Shown here: positions 1 through 13,580 of the stretch, piece after piece
Layout of the letters: each line of letters begins with the position of its first letter
How positions within the stretch are numbered: the first letter of the stretch is position 1
Source of the DNA: Kudoa neothunni
Taxonomy: Eukaryota > Animalia > Cnidaria
Assembly (NCBI GenBank): GCA_964304625.1
Contig: OZ199838.1
Location: 6,118,144 to 6,182,143, forward strand
Reading direction: 5' to 3'
Length of the DNA: 64,000 bases
Made by a program: the position numbers and the translations under genes
The notes under the pieces: model-generated
Told to the model about the DNA's origin: nothing
What the model saw: only the letters and a program-made list of their open reading frames with translations
The model's database searches: none

Positions 1-373
1 CCCAATCCTTCGCTATTAGGAGCAGACATAATTAAAAATAGTCAAAACTAGTGACACCTAAATATTATTTACCATACAAATAGCCACTCGAGTATTATTG
101 TTAATATTAGGTTACATCACTAAACAATAAACGAGCCATATAAGAAGGAGACCGATTATAGATTTATAAATAGTTGTTAAATGTTTATTTCTAAAAACAT
201 TTTAAGCATTTCTGCCAACTTCTTATTGAGTTTATTAGTCTAGAATAATATAATTCCTTAGAAATCCTTATGTACGACACAAACCCTAGTATGAAAAAAT
301 TGTCCTATCCAATTTTGACGTCGCTCAATTAACCCCCTGTAATTTAAAATTTACCCCTGGTTGAGAACCCCTG
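1..373 (-). mobile_element. hAT-type non-autonomous element (MITE), truncated by window start; same family as 45816-46403
   Basis: Ends in GGTTGAGAACCCCTG (359-373), the reverse complement of the CAGGGGTTCTCAACC TIR. The body aligns in reverse complement to ~45816-46140. Confidence 0.8.
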
Positions 374-872
374 CTATAGAAGATTACAGCCTATAGACGT
401 AACTAAATATAGTCAAAATTGGTGACACCTGAATATCATTTATGTGTCAATAGCCACTTCCATTAATCTTTTTTTCCTTTAAACAACTCCAGAATCACAT
501 TACTTGGATCAATGTGTTATTAATTCGTTAAAGTTCATTTACAAAAGACATTTGATAAGGAGATAAACTTTCACGATTGAAAATTCCATTTATTTCAAAC
601 CTTTGAACATTAAAGCTATCTCATTATTGATAAAATAATTTAGAAAAACCATATCCAATTATTTTAAAAATACAGAATTTATTTTAGATGTTTTTGATAA
701 AATTCAAAATAATAGGGGTTTTATTGAAGACAAATCATTTAGATGCAACAAAAATTGATGAAGATTCATTGTTCAAATCGTATGAAGATATTTTCAAATT
801 TAATCGAATCGATAAATTAAAAAAATTTCATTAGATTCTACGAATATGATTTCAGCTACGATAATAAATATA

Positions 873-2137
873 CAGTAGTGTATGGACACATTCAAATGTC
901 ACATGCGTTAGAGGGGAAATAACAGTTTTCAATCGATAATATAATCAATAATAATTTAATTTGAAGCAAAAATTAACTTATAGACCTTTTGTCAATTAAA
1001 GTACTGTTCTCTATTTTTTATTCAGAAAAAATTGTTCAAATATTGAGTCAGATTTTTCAAGTTCGGTTTATATTGTCAAGTATTGAAAAAATTTTATTTA
1101 GAAAGAGTTTTCTAACTTTTTCCAAATAATATAGTTCCTCTTGTTTTGATATAATAACTTTATCAATATAATTAAAGTCGTTATCATCCCTCTCAAGATC
1201 AAGAAAATCTGGTGCTGTCAAAGTATCAGAGATGTCGACTGTGTTGCTTTCAGGAGTTTTTTTCCATGGGATTTGTTAATTCTAATGATTTTCCTCTTCC
1301 ATCAGCCGAATTATGTCATGTTTAAATTGATCATAATCAGGAACATCGTAGGAATCATCATTTAGTGGATTTTTCAGAGAGGAAAATTGATTTCCTAAAG
1401 CAGTTAAACTACAGTTTCCGTTTTAATATATTCTCATAATTTGATCGTCAAACGAATAGCATCTAAGAAATTAGTTACAATGTAGCCACAATCTTGAAAT
1501 TTGATCTGCTGTATAAATGACGTAATTAGATTTCTTTTGTGCATAGTTTTAAAACTTTAACAACTCCATGATCCAGTGGCTGGAGAACATTGGTTGTGTT
1601 CGAAGAAAAGTAGCAGTGTTACAATAGGAAAATATTTTTTTTGGTGAGTTAATAAATAGTCGAGAAATAATAAAAATTTTTCTCTTAGAAATAGTGAGTT
1701 TTCCCATTCTATTTTTCGAGAAAAGACACAAAAATGGAAATGGACATTTAGATCTATTTATTATCGTGCTATTTTTTGGGCAAATTGTTCCATTTCTTGG
1801 AACTTGGAATCTTTGTTATATGATACGAAATCGTAAAACCTTATAATTTTTGAGTTTTTTGGTAATGTGAAGTGGTTTTGTTTCGCAAAAATTGACGCTC
1901 CATCCATTATTTTTTGCAAAGTTCAGATTAAGCGCTGTGCCCGAGCCATTTTTGCGTTAGATCCATACAGTATGTTTTAAACCTTAATATTTTGTTGAAA
2001 ATCAATCGTTTATTGACAAATGATCTATTTTGTATTGAACCATCTATTTAAATTTGAATATAAACAAAATAAACAGTAAACAAATAAATTTTTAAAAATT
2101 GCTTGGAGCCATATTGCGTACGGTCCATACATCACTG
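873..2137 (-). mobile_element. Degenerate pogo/Tigger-type DNA transposon
   Basis: TIRs CAGTAGTGTATGGAC / GTCCATACATCACTG with TA at 871-872 and 2138-2139, and an inner repeat of the right end at ~1944-1972. Minus-strand remnant SSNTTNVLQPLDHGVVKVLK (~1545-1605) matches the pogo DDE_1 motif PNTTxxLQPLDxG; NNGW (~1900) resembles the CENP-B-type HTH motif. Confidence 0.8.
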
Positions 2138-2161
2138 TAATAATATTCAGATATTATGTAG

Positions 2162-2221
2162 TATTTATCTAAATATTATTGTGGGGTATAATATTTATCT
2201 AAATATTATTGTGGGGTATAA
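2162..2221. repeat. Perfect 30-bp tandem duplication
   Basis: TATTTATCTAAATATTATTGTGGGGTATAA x2. Confidence 0.9.
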
Positions 2222-2389
2222 CACGAAGAACCATTTATTTTGAAATACCTCGAATACTTGAAGGTAAAGGTTATTTTAGAAAACCCGGTTATATTGTAAG
2301 AAACATTTATATAAACTTTAGGAATTTTCGTAAATTCATCAAATGTAAAATAAAATCATTATTCGTTTGATAGCAAAATATATGAGTAA

Positions 2390-2400
2390 TGCGCATGCGC
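2390..2400. promoter_or_regulatory. NRF1-like palindrome TGCGCATGCGC
   Basis: GC-rich palindrome in very AT-rich DNA. A related GGCGCATGC lies ~27 bp upstream of the putative ATG at 61741. Confidence 0.35.
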
Positions 2401-3496
2401 CAACATGTGATTAACAAAATTATTGGATAATCGGCACTTTTGCTACGATCCCAAGGGAATTAGATATTACTCATCGCTCAGTGTAATGGTATTTGTTATC
2501 GAGCTTCTTAACCCACTCGATAAATTCGTTTTTAATAAAAAAACATTTAAATAAATTTTTATAAAATGCAATTTAATACTTTTAAAATGTAAAAATGTTT
2601 GAAATAATAAATAGAAGAATTATTGTGTAATTGGATGTTGTTATTGCTGGCTTATCCAATAATAAAATTAGTCTTTATTAAGTGAGTAATAAATCACAAC
2701 TCTATCATACGATTAATATCCAGTAGAAAAATATTCTTTCTCCATTTTCATGGTGCAAATTTGTATTGAAGAGATATGAAACATCTCGATCATCATTGTG
2801 TTTCTAAATAGATATAATATATGTGTTGGTGCTACTTGTCAAGGGTCGGTAAATGACATGGAAATGCTCGACTGAAGCAACTTTCGTATAATAGTTTAAA
2901 ACTATTTGGGTTTATATTAGATAATGGATTTTAATAGGTGTGACGTAAAAATTTGGTCACAATTCAATGGCTTTTCAACACCAAGATTAACACGACAAAT
3001 CAACCGGCCGTTATAGAATTGTGAAGACATCATGTCCTAGAAGAATTAATCCACAAAATGACTGCCACAACGACGTTTTAACAGTTCAGAAAAAGAAGAT
3101 ATCAGTATTAAATTAGTAGAATTCCGAGAGTTTATTTCACTTAGATTAAAATCTTATAGGATATAAGTAAAATAGGATTAGAAACTGGGTGTCGGAGGTT
3201 AATTTTCTACTCGGTTCTCGGATATCTAGTTTTTATCATAGGTATTAAAGCATTTGAATTTGGTATGATTTTAGAGTTATTTTATGTAAATTTAATAATT
3301 AAACGGTGCGATAGTTGTTATGCGAGTTAGATTAAACTTTGATAAATAAGTGGATACATCTTGTAACTTATTTTTTATTTGTTTTGTTATGTTCTAAAGT
3401 GAATTTAAAAATTAGATAAGAATCACTTTACTTAATTTCAAATTTGGATTATATTATGATTTTTTTAGTATATTACCAAGTGAAACAACTCGCATA

Positions 3497-5982
3497 ATGG
3501 TTGGCTCAGATGGAAACGACCCCCCGGAAAATAATAATATCAATCCATCTAATTGTGTCTTTGATGAAGGTAAGTTGAAAAATGCTAAAGAAACAATCGA
3601 TAATGTACGTTTTCTTGAATATAAAATAAAATTTCATCCAGCTGACTAGGTAACTGAATCAGTTGAGCACTCTAATCAAAAAACCCACGAATCACAACCC
3701 ATAGATGATTCAACTTCTGATGCCGTACCCAAACCTGTAATATTTAAATAGTCATTTTAAATTTAATATTTATGAAAGAATATTTCGTCGCTAATCCATA
3801 TTTATGAACGCCCGACTTCAATGTATGAATTTGAGGATTCTACAAAAATTCAAAAGTTAGAGCAGGATCAAGAAAAAACAGTAAAACTTAAAAATCATCT
3901 ATATCTACTGATACACAATGGACTATTTTTGTTGGACTACTATCCAAAATTTCAAAAAAAAGATAAATTTATTTCTTCAAGTATGTTTACCACTCTAGAT
4001 GATTGTTGATCATTAATGTTTTATAAAAAAATGTAGAAGATCAGAGTGATATAGAAAACTGGGATCTGTTGGATAAAACAGACAAAAACGCTCCCAATAC
4101 ATTGACTAATGTTGACGAAGATTTTTTGAGAATTTTAAACGTTTGCCAACCCTCAGACACTATTCGTATTATTGTAAAATGCGAACGAGACGATTTCCAA
4201 CCTGACGAAAATAATTATATTTGTATTATTGACAACAAACAATTGGGCGAGAGTGTACTTCTAGGCATTACCATAGATTCCAAGTAGAATTCATTAGTTG
4301 ATCAATTAGTTTAAATTCATATTTTGAAATTAGGGGGAAAACCTCAAATCGGAATGGTTATCGATTACAGTGATATAGAAATGGTAGAAATTGTTGGTGA
4401 TGGGTAAGAATATAAAACTAAAACTCCTTGCTCCTGAATTTTGATTAACCACATTTTATTGATATTATTCTATTTGTAGCTGTATCCACTTGAATTTGAA
4501 ATTCGAACATTCAAAGTCCATTAAAATTAGTCCAATACAAAATTTTTGGAGAACTCTTCAGTTCCTGCCTACGTGTTCCAATCAAAACACCTATTTTACG
4601 CCAGATATATCAGAACAAAAGTTAAGAAAGTCTAAATCATATATTGGATTGATTTCTAACGAATTTGACCTGCTAAACACTGCCTCACTGGTAAATCGTT
4701 ACAAATCTATGCAGACCCAAACAAATCGTATAACGTTTTTGTGGCATAATAATGATTATCATACATCCGACTTATTTCGAGATACTCTTATGGAGAAGTA
4801 ACCATTTCTAACAGTAATGTAAAGGTATTTATTTTATTCTTATACTAGTGACGACAACCGAAAAAGCAACCAAAAACAACTTAGGAATCTTTTACTTGAT
4901 GTAAACTCTTGCTTATACTCATGAAGAACCGGAGATATAGCCGTGCCGGTTTTAAGTATTAATACGATGACTTTAAGTCCAATACACTTAAGGAGAAAGT
5001 CAACACATGCCGTTTCAGTTCTATTTTAATACAATCGAAAAATCAGCTAGAATTAACTTCTGTTTGAATTAGATTATGACTGTTCCAAATGCTGGCGATT
5101 TAACACTTAACACCATTCATGAACAACTCTCTACACGATTTGATAAAGATCTTCGACCATATAAATGTTTTATCGCTAATGAAACCATCAGAATCTATGG
5201 TAAAATGGAGATGGCCAATGAAATTCTCCCACATCTCTATTTAGTAATGCCCACATTAGAGATACTTGTGATTGGTTTACAAATGAAATATAGGGATCTG
5301 ATTTTAATGCTTCTGATATCAACTTTTTAAAATCCCACAAGTATTTGATCAATGTTGCTTTCGACTGGAGTTTATCGACTCTATTATTACTAGTATAACC
5401 CATGTACTGAATGTTACCAAAGAAGTGAACAATTTTTATATAGGAACCTTAACTTACTTCAATGTTAGGTAAGAAACTAATATTTATATTTTTAAAGAAT
5501 AATTTACTTTATGTAGTATATATGATCGACCGGAATCTGACATACTTCCGTTTTTCAATGAATGTTATCGATTCATAGAGAGCGCAAGGTGATCTTCTAT
5601 TTACGAATAGAATTAATGGATTCTACCAATAAACTCCAAAAAACATTTTTTCTATCTTATCTGATAAATGTAGGGAACGCGGATCTAATATTCTTGTTCA
5701 TTGTCATATGGGAATAAGCAGGTCGGCCTCAGTTGTTATTGCCTACCTTATAAAAAAATTCAAGTACACTTTTGAAGAATCCTACTCCTATGTTAAACAG
5801 CGACGTTCATTAATTCGACCAAATATCGGTTTTATAAAACAACTAAAAATCTATGAGGGAATGGTCCATAACAAGTAATCATTAATTTGATATGCCATCA
5901 CAAATTTCGATATCTTTGTAGACGAGAGAATTTCGAATCCCCTATTTCCGTTGATGACAATCAGACGGTTTCGCAATCGTAA
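3497..5982 (+). CDS. ssh: Slingshot protein phosphatase (multi-exon; SSH-N + DEK_C + dual-specificity phosphatase domains)
   Basis: SSH-N motifs PSDTIRIIVKCE, ESVLLGI, IGMV..GDG and ISPIQNFWRTLQ; DEK_C-like ..DLRPYKCFIANETIRIYGKME..ILPHLYL. GT-AG splicing gives GSDFNAS..ITHVLNVTKEVNNFY..IYDRPESD..ILVHCHMGISRSASVVIAYL..VKQRRSLIRPNIGFIKQL. The start codon and 5' exons are uncertain; the stop is 5878 or, with one more intron, 5982. Confidence 0.88.
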
Positions 5983-6721
5983 TAAATATACCAATGTGCT
6001 GATGGAAAAAATATGATTTTTTTCTCTATGAATAAAATTTTTTGTTGTATAGTTGATTGTTCTGATCTTTGTATTTATTTGTTATGATTACATTGTCCAA
6101 TCCATACAGCCTTATTCGGAGGATAACTAAAATATGTCATCCTTCAGAGCTCCAATAGTTAAATTCTTAGATTAATCGTTAGGAATTATACAATACCCTG
6201 CTTTTACATAATCCAAATCAAAAAATATATCTGTGCATTAGAAAATTATTCAAAAATTCGATATTTTATTAAATATAACTTAAGAAATACTAATTTAAAG
6301 TAAAAATTTTATTAAACATTTATATGGTTGTGACAAAAGTTCGATTTAAATATTCAGTAAAATGATATTCTTGTAGTTGAAATAAATTAGAATAAAAATC
6401 GGAGTATAAATAAAATAATTTTTTATTTCATAGTTCAATTTAAATGAGCAATTAATTTCGATACATACAGAAATAGTTAACGAAAGTAAATCGTAACTAA
6501 AATAGAGGTATATAACGCCAATTTTTCACGTTAGCACATTGTAAACGTTCTACAAAGTAAATACTGTGGTTATCATTTTTACCTCGATAATTTCGGAGTA
6601 GCAGGGAAATTTAAGATATAAGTTCAATTTCAGAGCCAATTCATTTATCTGAAAATCTGTGCTCTGATCAAATTTGAGATTATGAATTAATATTTTAATT
6701 AGGTTAAATTGAGATAATTAA

Positions 6722-8462
6722 TCTTCTGAGCGCTTCAAAATCGACAATACACTTGGTGCTTTTGGGTCTATTAGACCCCACTCTTTTATTTAATATTATG
6801 AATTTAAATAATTTTTAAAACTTCACGATGCGAAAATAAAAAAATTCTATCGACTAAATCGCATAATATTGGCAAAAAATATGGTCGGTGAAGTTTTCCG
6901 ATATTGTCCGAACAATGTTAAGACTATATATTCTTGTTAAATAAATTTTTACGAAATACTATTTAATATTAACTTTCAAAAATATTTAAAACAGTTTGTT
7001 ATAAATTATCTCATATATAATTAATTAGATTAAAACTTTACAGTGCGGCAAAATAGTTATCAACAAAATGGACTGAAAAGGTCTCCAACGCTAAACTTAA
7101 ACGTATATATCAATTCAAAAGTTAAAATTTGTTTTCTGTGACCTTCCCTATTATTATCTGTGCGTTTAAGGGAACGGTAGTATCATTATGTATATCAGAC
7201 CTACAATAAAATCGATGATCTGCCTCTAATTAACAATTTATTATGTACGTCAAAACAGAAATCTCATCCCACAAAAATATGAAGATTATAATGTAATTCA
7301 GACATTTATTTTCGTCCAGTGACCTGTTAAAACAAGCACATTTGGAATGTTCTTCGCAGTAATGTTTCTTACATACAACACATTGTTTACGAGATTTTTT
7401 GGAACAATATTGGTGCTATTTAGATTTCCTGTTATTGATTTAGTAACAAACTTAGCCCTAAAGAACTACTGATGGAACAGAATATGCTAGCGAGACTTTC
7501 TAAAAATAAGGCTCTTTTGATTCTTCCTTCATGGAATATGGTTTTGTATAAGCAAAACGTTTTTAAGAGATTTATGTCGATATTATAAAAAATAACTCCT
7601 AGCCTGCGTATGTAATATTTTTGTAAGTTGATGGAAATGAATATATGATCAATCGTATCAATAGCTCATCTAATTTTGTTATAATAATTGATGCTACCTG
7701 GCTTCTTTTTCCAGCATTCAGTATATTTGTATAACCTGTTGAATTAGCTAAAATTAACGAATCCTTATTATTTTATTGATTTAAGAGGACAGAATTTTCT
7801 TTTCATTAAACAGAAAGAATGTGCTAAATGACTCCCTTGTTTTAATTTTTTTAATTGTACGCGAAACATTCCCTCCTATTAACTCTAAGTATTATAATCA
7901 TGGTAAGAACCATTTACAATAGCTGAAAGCTCTTTGCAGAAATGATTATAATAAAGTCAAACATATTGGCATTACATGCAACACTTATGTAAAAATTGCC
8001 ATCCAAAAATATGTCAAAAATCCGTTATATGAAAGATTCTCTAAGCTACATTATTCGTAAAACCAGAGGCCTTACTTAAAAGTTTTCTTTTAGTATTTTG
8101 GAGGTTTAAAGCTTCTGCAACCCAGATAAGGTTATTGTCATCATATTCAAATGAATAATCGGCGGAATATATTTCATCGATAGATTTTGCCAACATTCTC
8201 AATTCCATTTTATTATAATTGTATACATAAAATGATAAGATAAAATTGTGGGACCTATCAGACCCCAACAGCACCAAGTGTATAATTTTTGTTTTATTTT
8301 TCATTCATTAATAATAATTCGAAACTTATTGGGCAGGCATATAGTGTAAGAAATTTTATAAGAATTGACAGAATTTTAGAAAATTGAGATAATTAGAAGG
8401 AGGCAAAAACCATTCTTTAGTCTGGCTTGGGGTCTAATAGACTTCAAAAGCACTCGGAAAGG
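6722..8462 (-). mobile_element. Heavily decayed piggyBac element
   Basis: TTAA at 6718-6721. Subterminal inverted repeat TACACTTGGTGCT(T/G)TTGGG.. at 6748-6780 vs 8250-8282, plus a terminal copy at 8420-8462. Minus-strand C-terminal Cys-rich remnant KKSRKQCVVCKKHYCEEH at ~7350-7400. Confidence 0.65.
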
Positions 8463-9232
8463 TAAATATCATCTAAGCCAAAAATTAGAGAGAGATTTTT
8501 GAATGGGGTTAAAGATTATCAGAAGATTCATTTACAATATTCTTATAATGAACAATTTAATATTATATATATGTATAATTAGTCATTAAAAAATTAATAT
8601 TCCATGCTAACTCACATAATGTTATATTTATACAACCCTTAATATCTCCCCAATTCTTTCATAATTTTATATTTGGCATTTACTCGTTGTTATTCAATCA
8701 TAAAAAATCCCTATATCAAATACTATTAAGTATAAATAAGTATACTGTAAAAAGATTATAAAATTTAATGAATTAACTTAATAGAGAGATATAATTATAG
8801 GTAAAATATCGATTCCGAAAAATCATTTTCGAACTTTTATTTATATTAATTTATCGACAATAAAACGAAAATATAATAAATGAATAAAAATTGATTATAT
8901 TTTATTTTCATGTAATTTGTAATCTGGAATCGATTGCCCCTCAATTGAACTCTACATTGTTATGTCAATATTATATGGGGATTCTCGATCAAACCCGACA
9001 GTATGGAGTTATTCATCAAACATCTGATTGTGTCATTTATATTTTCGTTTAAATTTTTGTTGATCATTTAAATAATAACTATTTAACTCATTTCGGTCTA
9101 TATATACTTGAACACCTAATGGTGCGGGGAGGGGGGAGAATAAATGCGCATGTTTCTTTTCTACCTTCATATTTCTATTTTTCAAATAAATTAATAAGTT
9201 TATACGAGTCTTAAAATCAGGAATTATATTAA

Positions 9233-11666
9233 CCCTCGAATACCCGAGAAAAAAAGTTACACGAATACCTGAACAGGGCCACAGTGGTCCCGTGCTATTC
9301 TCTTCCAATATAGTTAGAATCATAAAATCTAAGCCATAGATCTAAAATCATCAACATTAATCCTATTGTGAGGCAATATATTTTTAAAAAAATTAATATT
9401 AATCTATTTTTTGGAACTATTAGTTAATGCGCGCGCCATCGATTGCGAAATACTATGGGTAAATTCAAATGAAAAGCAATGAAAATTATTATGATATAAA
9501 TTAAAAATATACCTTGAATGATAATTAAAAAGTTTATTTAAAAAAACTAAAATATTCTACATTCTCATTGATTATTATTCTATACACGTAATAAGATTCT
9601 TGTAATGATAAAAATTTTCTGTCAGAAATGGATTGTTAATTACCTTGAAATACTTATATTTAAAAAAAACTTTATAAGTATTTATAAATTCCACTTTGAA
9701 ACCTTTTAATTACACTCACAATCAAAGTAACTGAAAATAACTTAAACTGTCCTTTTTACCAAATTATCCCTTCAAACTTAAATTTACATTAATAAAAATC
9801 ATTGTATTTATATAATTTTAAATATTTTAAGATGTTTTTAAATATAGAAAAATAAAAATCTAAACATCCAATAAAAGAAGAAAAAAATTTCAATTATATA
9901 ATGAATATGTCTTAGTTGTAATGACATGTATCACATTCTACAATATTAGTTCTGTGGCTTTCGCAAACATACTGTTGGAATTTTGTCCAAGATATTCTAC
10001 TTTTTTCTCTGAATCCACAGAACAAATGCAACACAAACCACTTCCGGAAAAATATTCCGTTTTTTAGTCTGGATCGATTTGGCAGTATCGTCATCTCCAA
10101 GTAACTCTTCAGCAAGCATTTTCAAGAATTTTCTCCTTGATTGCTTTTTATTAGCTTGGTGGAAATGAGGATTTCCATTAATATACAAAAGATAAGCATT
10201 ATAAGTAGCTATATCAATTTACCAAAAAAAAATTGCCATCGACCAACGACGAGTAACTCGCTTGGTGGAATAGCAACGGATAATACGGTCTAGAGTATCT
10301 ACGCCCCTGTGGTTGAATTGTAATACACTATAATTTCTAAATTTTTGATATCCTTTTTATCTCAAAGTTTCGATGTTGAGAGCTTAAAAGAACTATCGAT
10401 TTGTTTTTCTTCCGGTTGAACTTCACCAGAGTATATTTGTCCTGAAAAGAAATTTGATTTCATTTTTTGTACCTTTTGGTGGCTGGAATTCGGCAACAAG
10501 GAATTTTTAATTTTTTCTTACTGTTTCAACAATAGTAGTCGTATCTGAAATAAGGTACCTTGCAAGCGATAACGTAGTAAAAAAATTATCCGTAGTTATA
10601 TTTCGAACTTTGTTTAAGCAAGGTTGCATTAGATCTTTCGCTACATTTTCGCCTCGGTTATTTTCAACCACTCCATTTTCCCTGATAATGTAAATTTTTG
10701 CATTGCAAAGATACACTTTTGTTGCATCACAACGAACAGATTTTGATTTCATACTCAGCAGGCTTTGAAGGAATAAATTCTTTGAAAAGGACATCGTCGT
10801 CTAAATGGTACAAACGGCTCATCAACAGTAAACTGAGAGGATAGGTTGTAACTTCCTCGCGTGTCTTTATGAAGCTGTCAAAAATATGTCTAATTGGAGC
10901 TAATTTGGCATTACGATTTCAACTACATCTAGTGTCAAATCTAATAACAGCAGTAATTTCTTCGAAGCGATTTTTGGATATCACTTTTATTATGAATGAT
11001 AGACCATATTTTCTTGTGTTGCTCTCCTTTCAGTTTTTGTTGGAGTTCTGTACCACTTTTCTCCGTCTTTGACACGACACAAGAGATTTCCGAGGAATCT
11101 TCAATACCTTCTTCGCTGTCATTTATATCACAATCATCTTTATTATTGAACGTTTCATTTATGGTTTCATCTAGATCTTCTGATTCTATTACTTTAAATA
11201 ATAAGCCATCATCAGTTTCATCTTCAGCATCAAAAAAATTAATTTCCCTATCAGAACTCACTTTGGACGTTTTCTAGCACAATGATCGCGCACCATAAAT
11301 TACATTTATACGCTTTAATGTTCTTAATTTAAATTTAAATTCGTTATAAAATACTCATTTATATACAGAATTGGTTATAAAACGTCATTTATAAAATTAG
11401 ATAATTTTATTAACGTTTCAAAGGTTGATTAGATCATTAGTTTCAGGTGAGCCACTGTGGTATTATTCGGGTATTCAAGTAACTTTTTTTGTTTTTCTAT
11501 TTATGCACAAACTTACCAAGTCTAAAAATCTAATATTTTAACATTTTATTTAATAAGCTTACACAACGAAATATACTTAATTGTAAATTAATAACTTATT
11601 ATCCAACAAAGATATTAAAGGATTTTTCTCTAGTGGACCACATGGTCCACTCCAAGTGTTCGAGGG
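9233..11666 (-). mobile_element. piggyBac transposon with pseudogenised transposase
   Basis: TTAA|CCCTCGAA...TTCGAGGG|TTAA. Minus-strand fragments: acidic N-terminus (11261), TVDEPFVPFRRRCPF, RNITTDNFFTTLSLA..TVRKN, RRW, and a Cys-rich C-terminus (to 9912). Frameshifts and stops throughout. Confidence 0.92.
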
Positions 11667-12189
11667 TTAAAGCATACAACTATCGATTAAATTAAATATA
11701 ATTCATTTGTTATATGAAACTTATATCTCTAAAGTTTATTTAATTATTTTGGAAAATTTTAAAAAATTATTATTTATGGATTTAGTGAATCAATATTTAT
11801 CGGAAAATACGTCATAATTAACGTTAAAAGAATAAAAATGTTATCTAATTATCTTAACGCCGTTCAAAAATTATTTGAGTTTGATTACAAGTGTCGAATT
11901 TGATCAGAAATAGTCGAGTTAGATCGAGAAAAATTATAAATAGCCGAAGTTATTTTAATAAATTATTTTCATTGAATCTAATCTTCAACCATTTGATGTG
12001 GACTTCAAAAAATTTTCTGGGATTAATTTCCGTAAAATATTGACCTCTATTATAGAATTTAATTTATATTGAGGATATATTCTGGTTGACATATTTAGTA
12101 ATGCTGTTGGAATCAAGGTTGAATGAAATTTACTCCCTAGTAGGATACAGGAATGCACATAAGAGTAAATATTTAGTTTTTTGGTGATA

Positions 12190-13384
12190 CAGTAGGTGAC
12201 GGGTCGTGGGCACTAAAATGGGAATTGGGTTCGAGGTGCCCACGACCCGTCAAGTGCCCTCGAGCCGTCATGACGCATGCGAACAAAGCAAAATTATTAT
12301 TATGGGCTCTTGCAATTTAGCTCCTCTTATTTATCACTACGTTTGTATTTATATTCAAAAGTATATTAATAAAATAAAATTTTCTTATAGCAATCATGTA
12401 AAGATTAAATGCGATTAATCTAGTCGATCCTTGACTTTAATTTGTAGAAACAAACCGTTTAGACGACGTGATGATAATACCAATGATTTCTGTCAACAAA
12501 AATTTAAAAAAATAATAAATGCAATTCACACACCAAATTTTATTACAATAAAAATTATTTTTTATTTTAATCATAAAGGTTAGGTCGATTTTAAATATAA
12601 ACACGTAGAAAACTTTCTTAATGAATCATTATATCTTAAGGAAGTGTTGCGTAACAAATGAATTATTTTCTGTACTCAAGAGAAGTAGGAGTAAGAGTTA
12701 ATAATCAAGATAAATTTAATATATATTGATATGCATAATTTCATAAAATTAATTGATATACTCAGTAAATATAACTAAAAGTTTTTAATATTTTACTGGT
12801 AAAGCTCTGACATTCTTGAATCGTAACTCGTCGTTTCTAGATCTATGACCGTAGATAACACTTGATAATTTCGTTTTCTGAATAATTTGTACAGTTTTCT
12901 CAAATAAATTAGAGCATCATACGTAGAAATAGTGAATTTTTTAAATTTTTTGTGGTTATTTGAAATTTTCATTCCATTATGAGACTTCATAATGGATTTT
13001 TATTACCCAAAATCCTATTTAAAGAGGATAGATGTTTTAAGATAAAATAACTGAGAATTTTAGTTTATCTGCTTTCCCATTCGATATTCGTTCATAATAT
13101 GACATTATATCCACTTTATCTTTAAAAGAACGTAACTCTTGGTTCTCTTCAAGTGCCCACAACCCGTCATTTGGGTAACTTTATTCTTAACCTTAGTGCC
13201 CACGAGCCGTAAATTTGAGCTAATTCTTATATACGACGAATTAAAACAAAAACTAAGGTTTTAATGATTTATTGTAATTGTTATGCTTTTATTCGATTCA
13301 TTTTAATTAGTCGCAGTATTGTGTAAGTCATTAAATCATGGCAGGTGCCCACGAGTGGTAGTGCGCACGAGCCGTCACCTACTG
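12190..13384. mobile_element. TA-flanked non-autonomous DNA transposon (pogo/Tc1-mariner type termini)
   Basis: 24-bp TIR CAGTAGGTGACGG(G/C)TCGTG(G/C)GCAC, with TA at 12188-12189 and 13385-13386. Internal copies of GTGCCCACGA(C/G)CCGTCA. No recognisable transposase. Confidence 0.85.
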
Positions 13385-13580
13385 TATATAACAGGCATTT
13401 TCTATATATTCCAAAGAAAAGGCCGTTTCGGTATTAAAATTGTATGAACTTAAATTCTATGCCAATAATCAGTAATGTGTAACCCCCACTAAAATAATTC
13501 CTTTTATTATGTAACACGAAATAAACGAACAAAATAATAATTGAGCAATTAAATTTAACATCAGACACTCGCATATTAAC

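Noticed and set aside
12236-13377. CRISPR-like array
   Set aside because: Irregular spacing, eukaryotic context, and the repeats are copies of the transposon TIR core.
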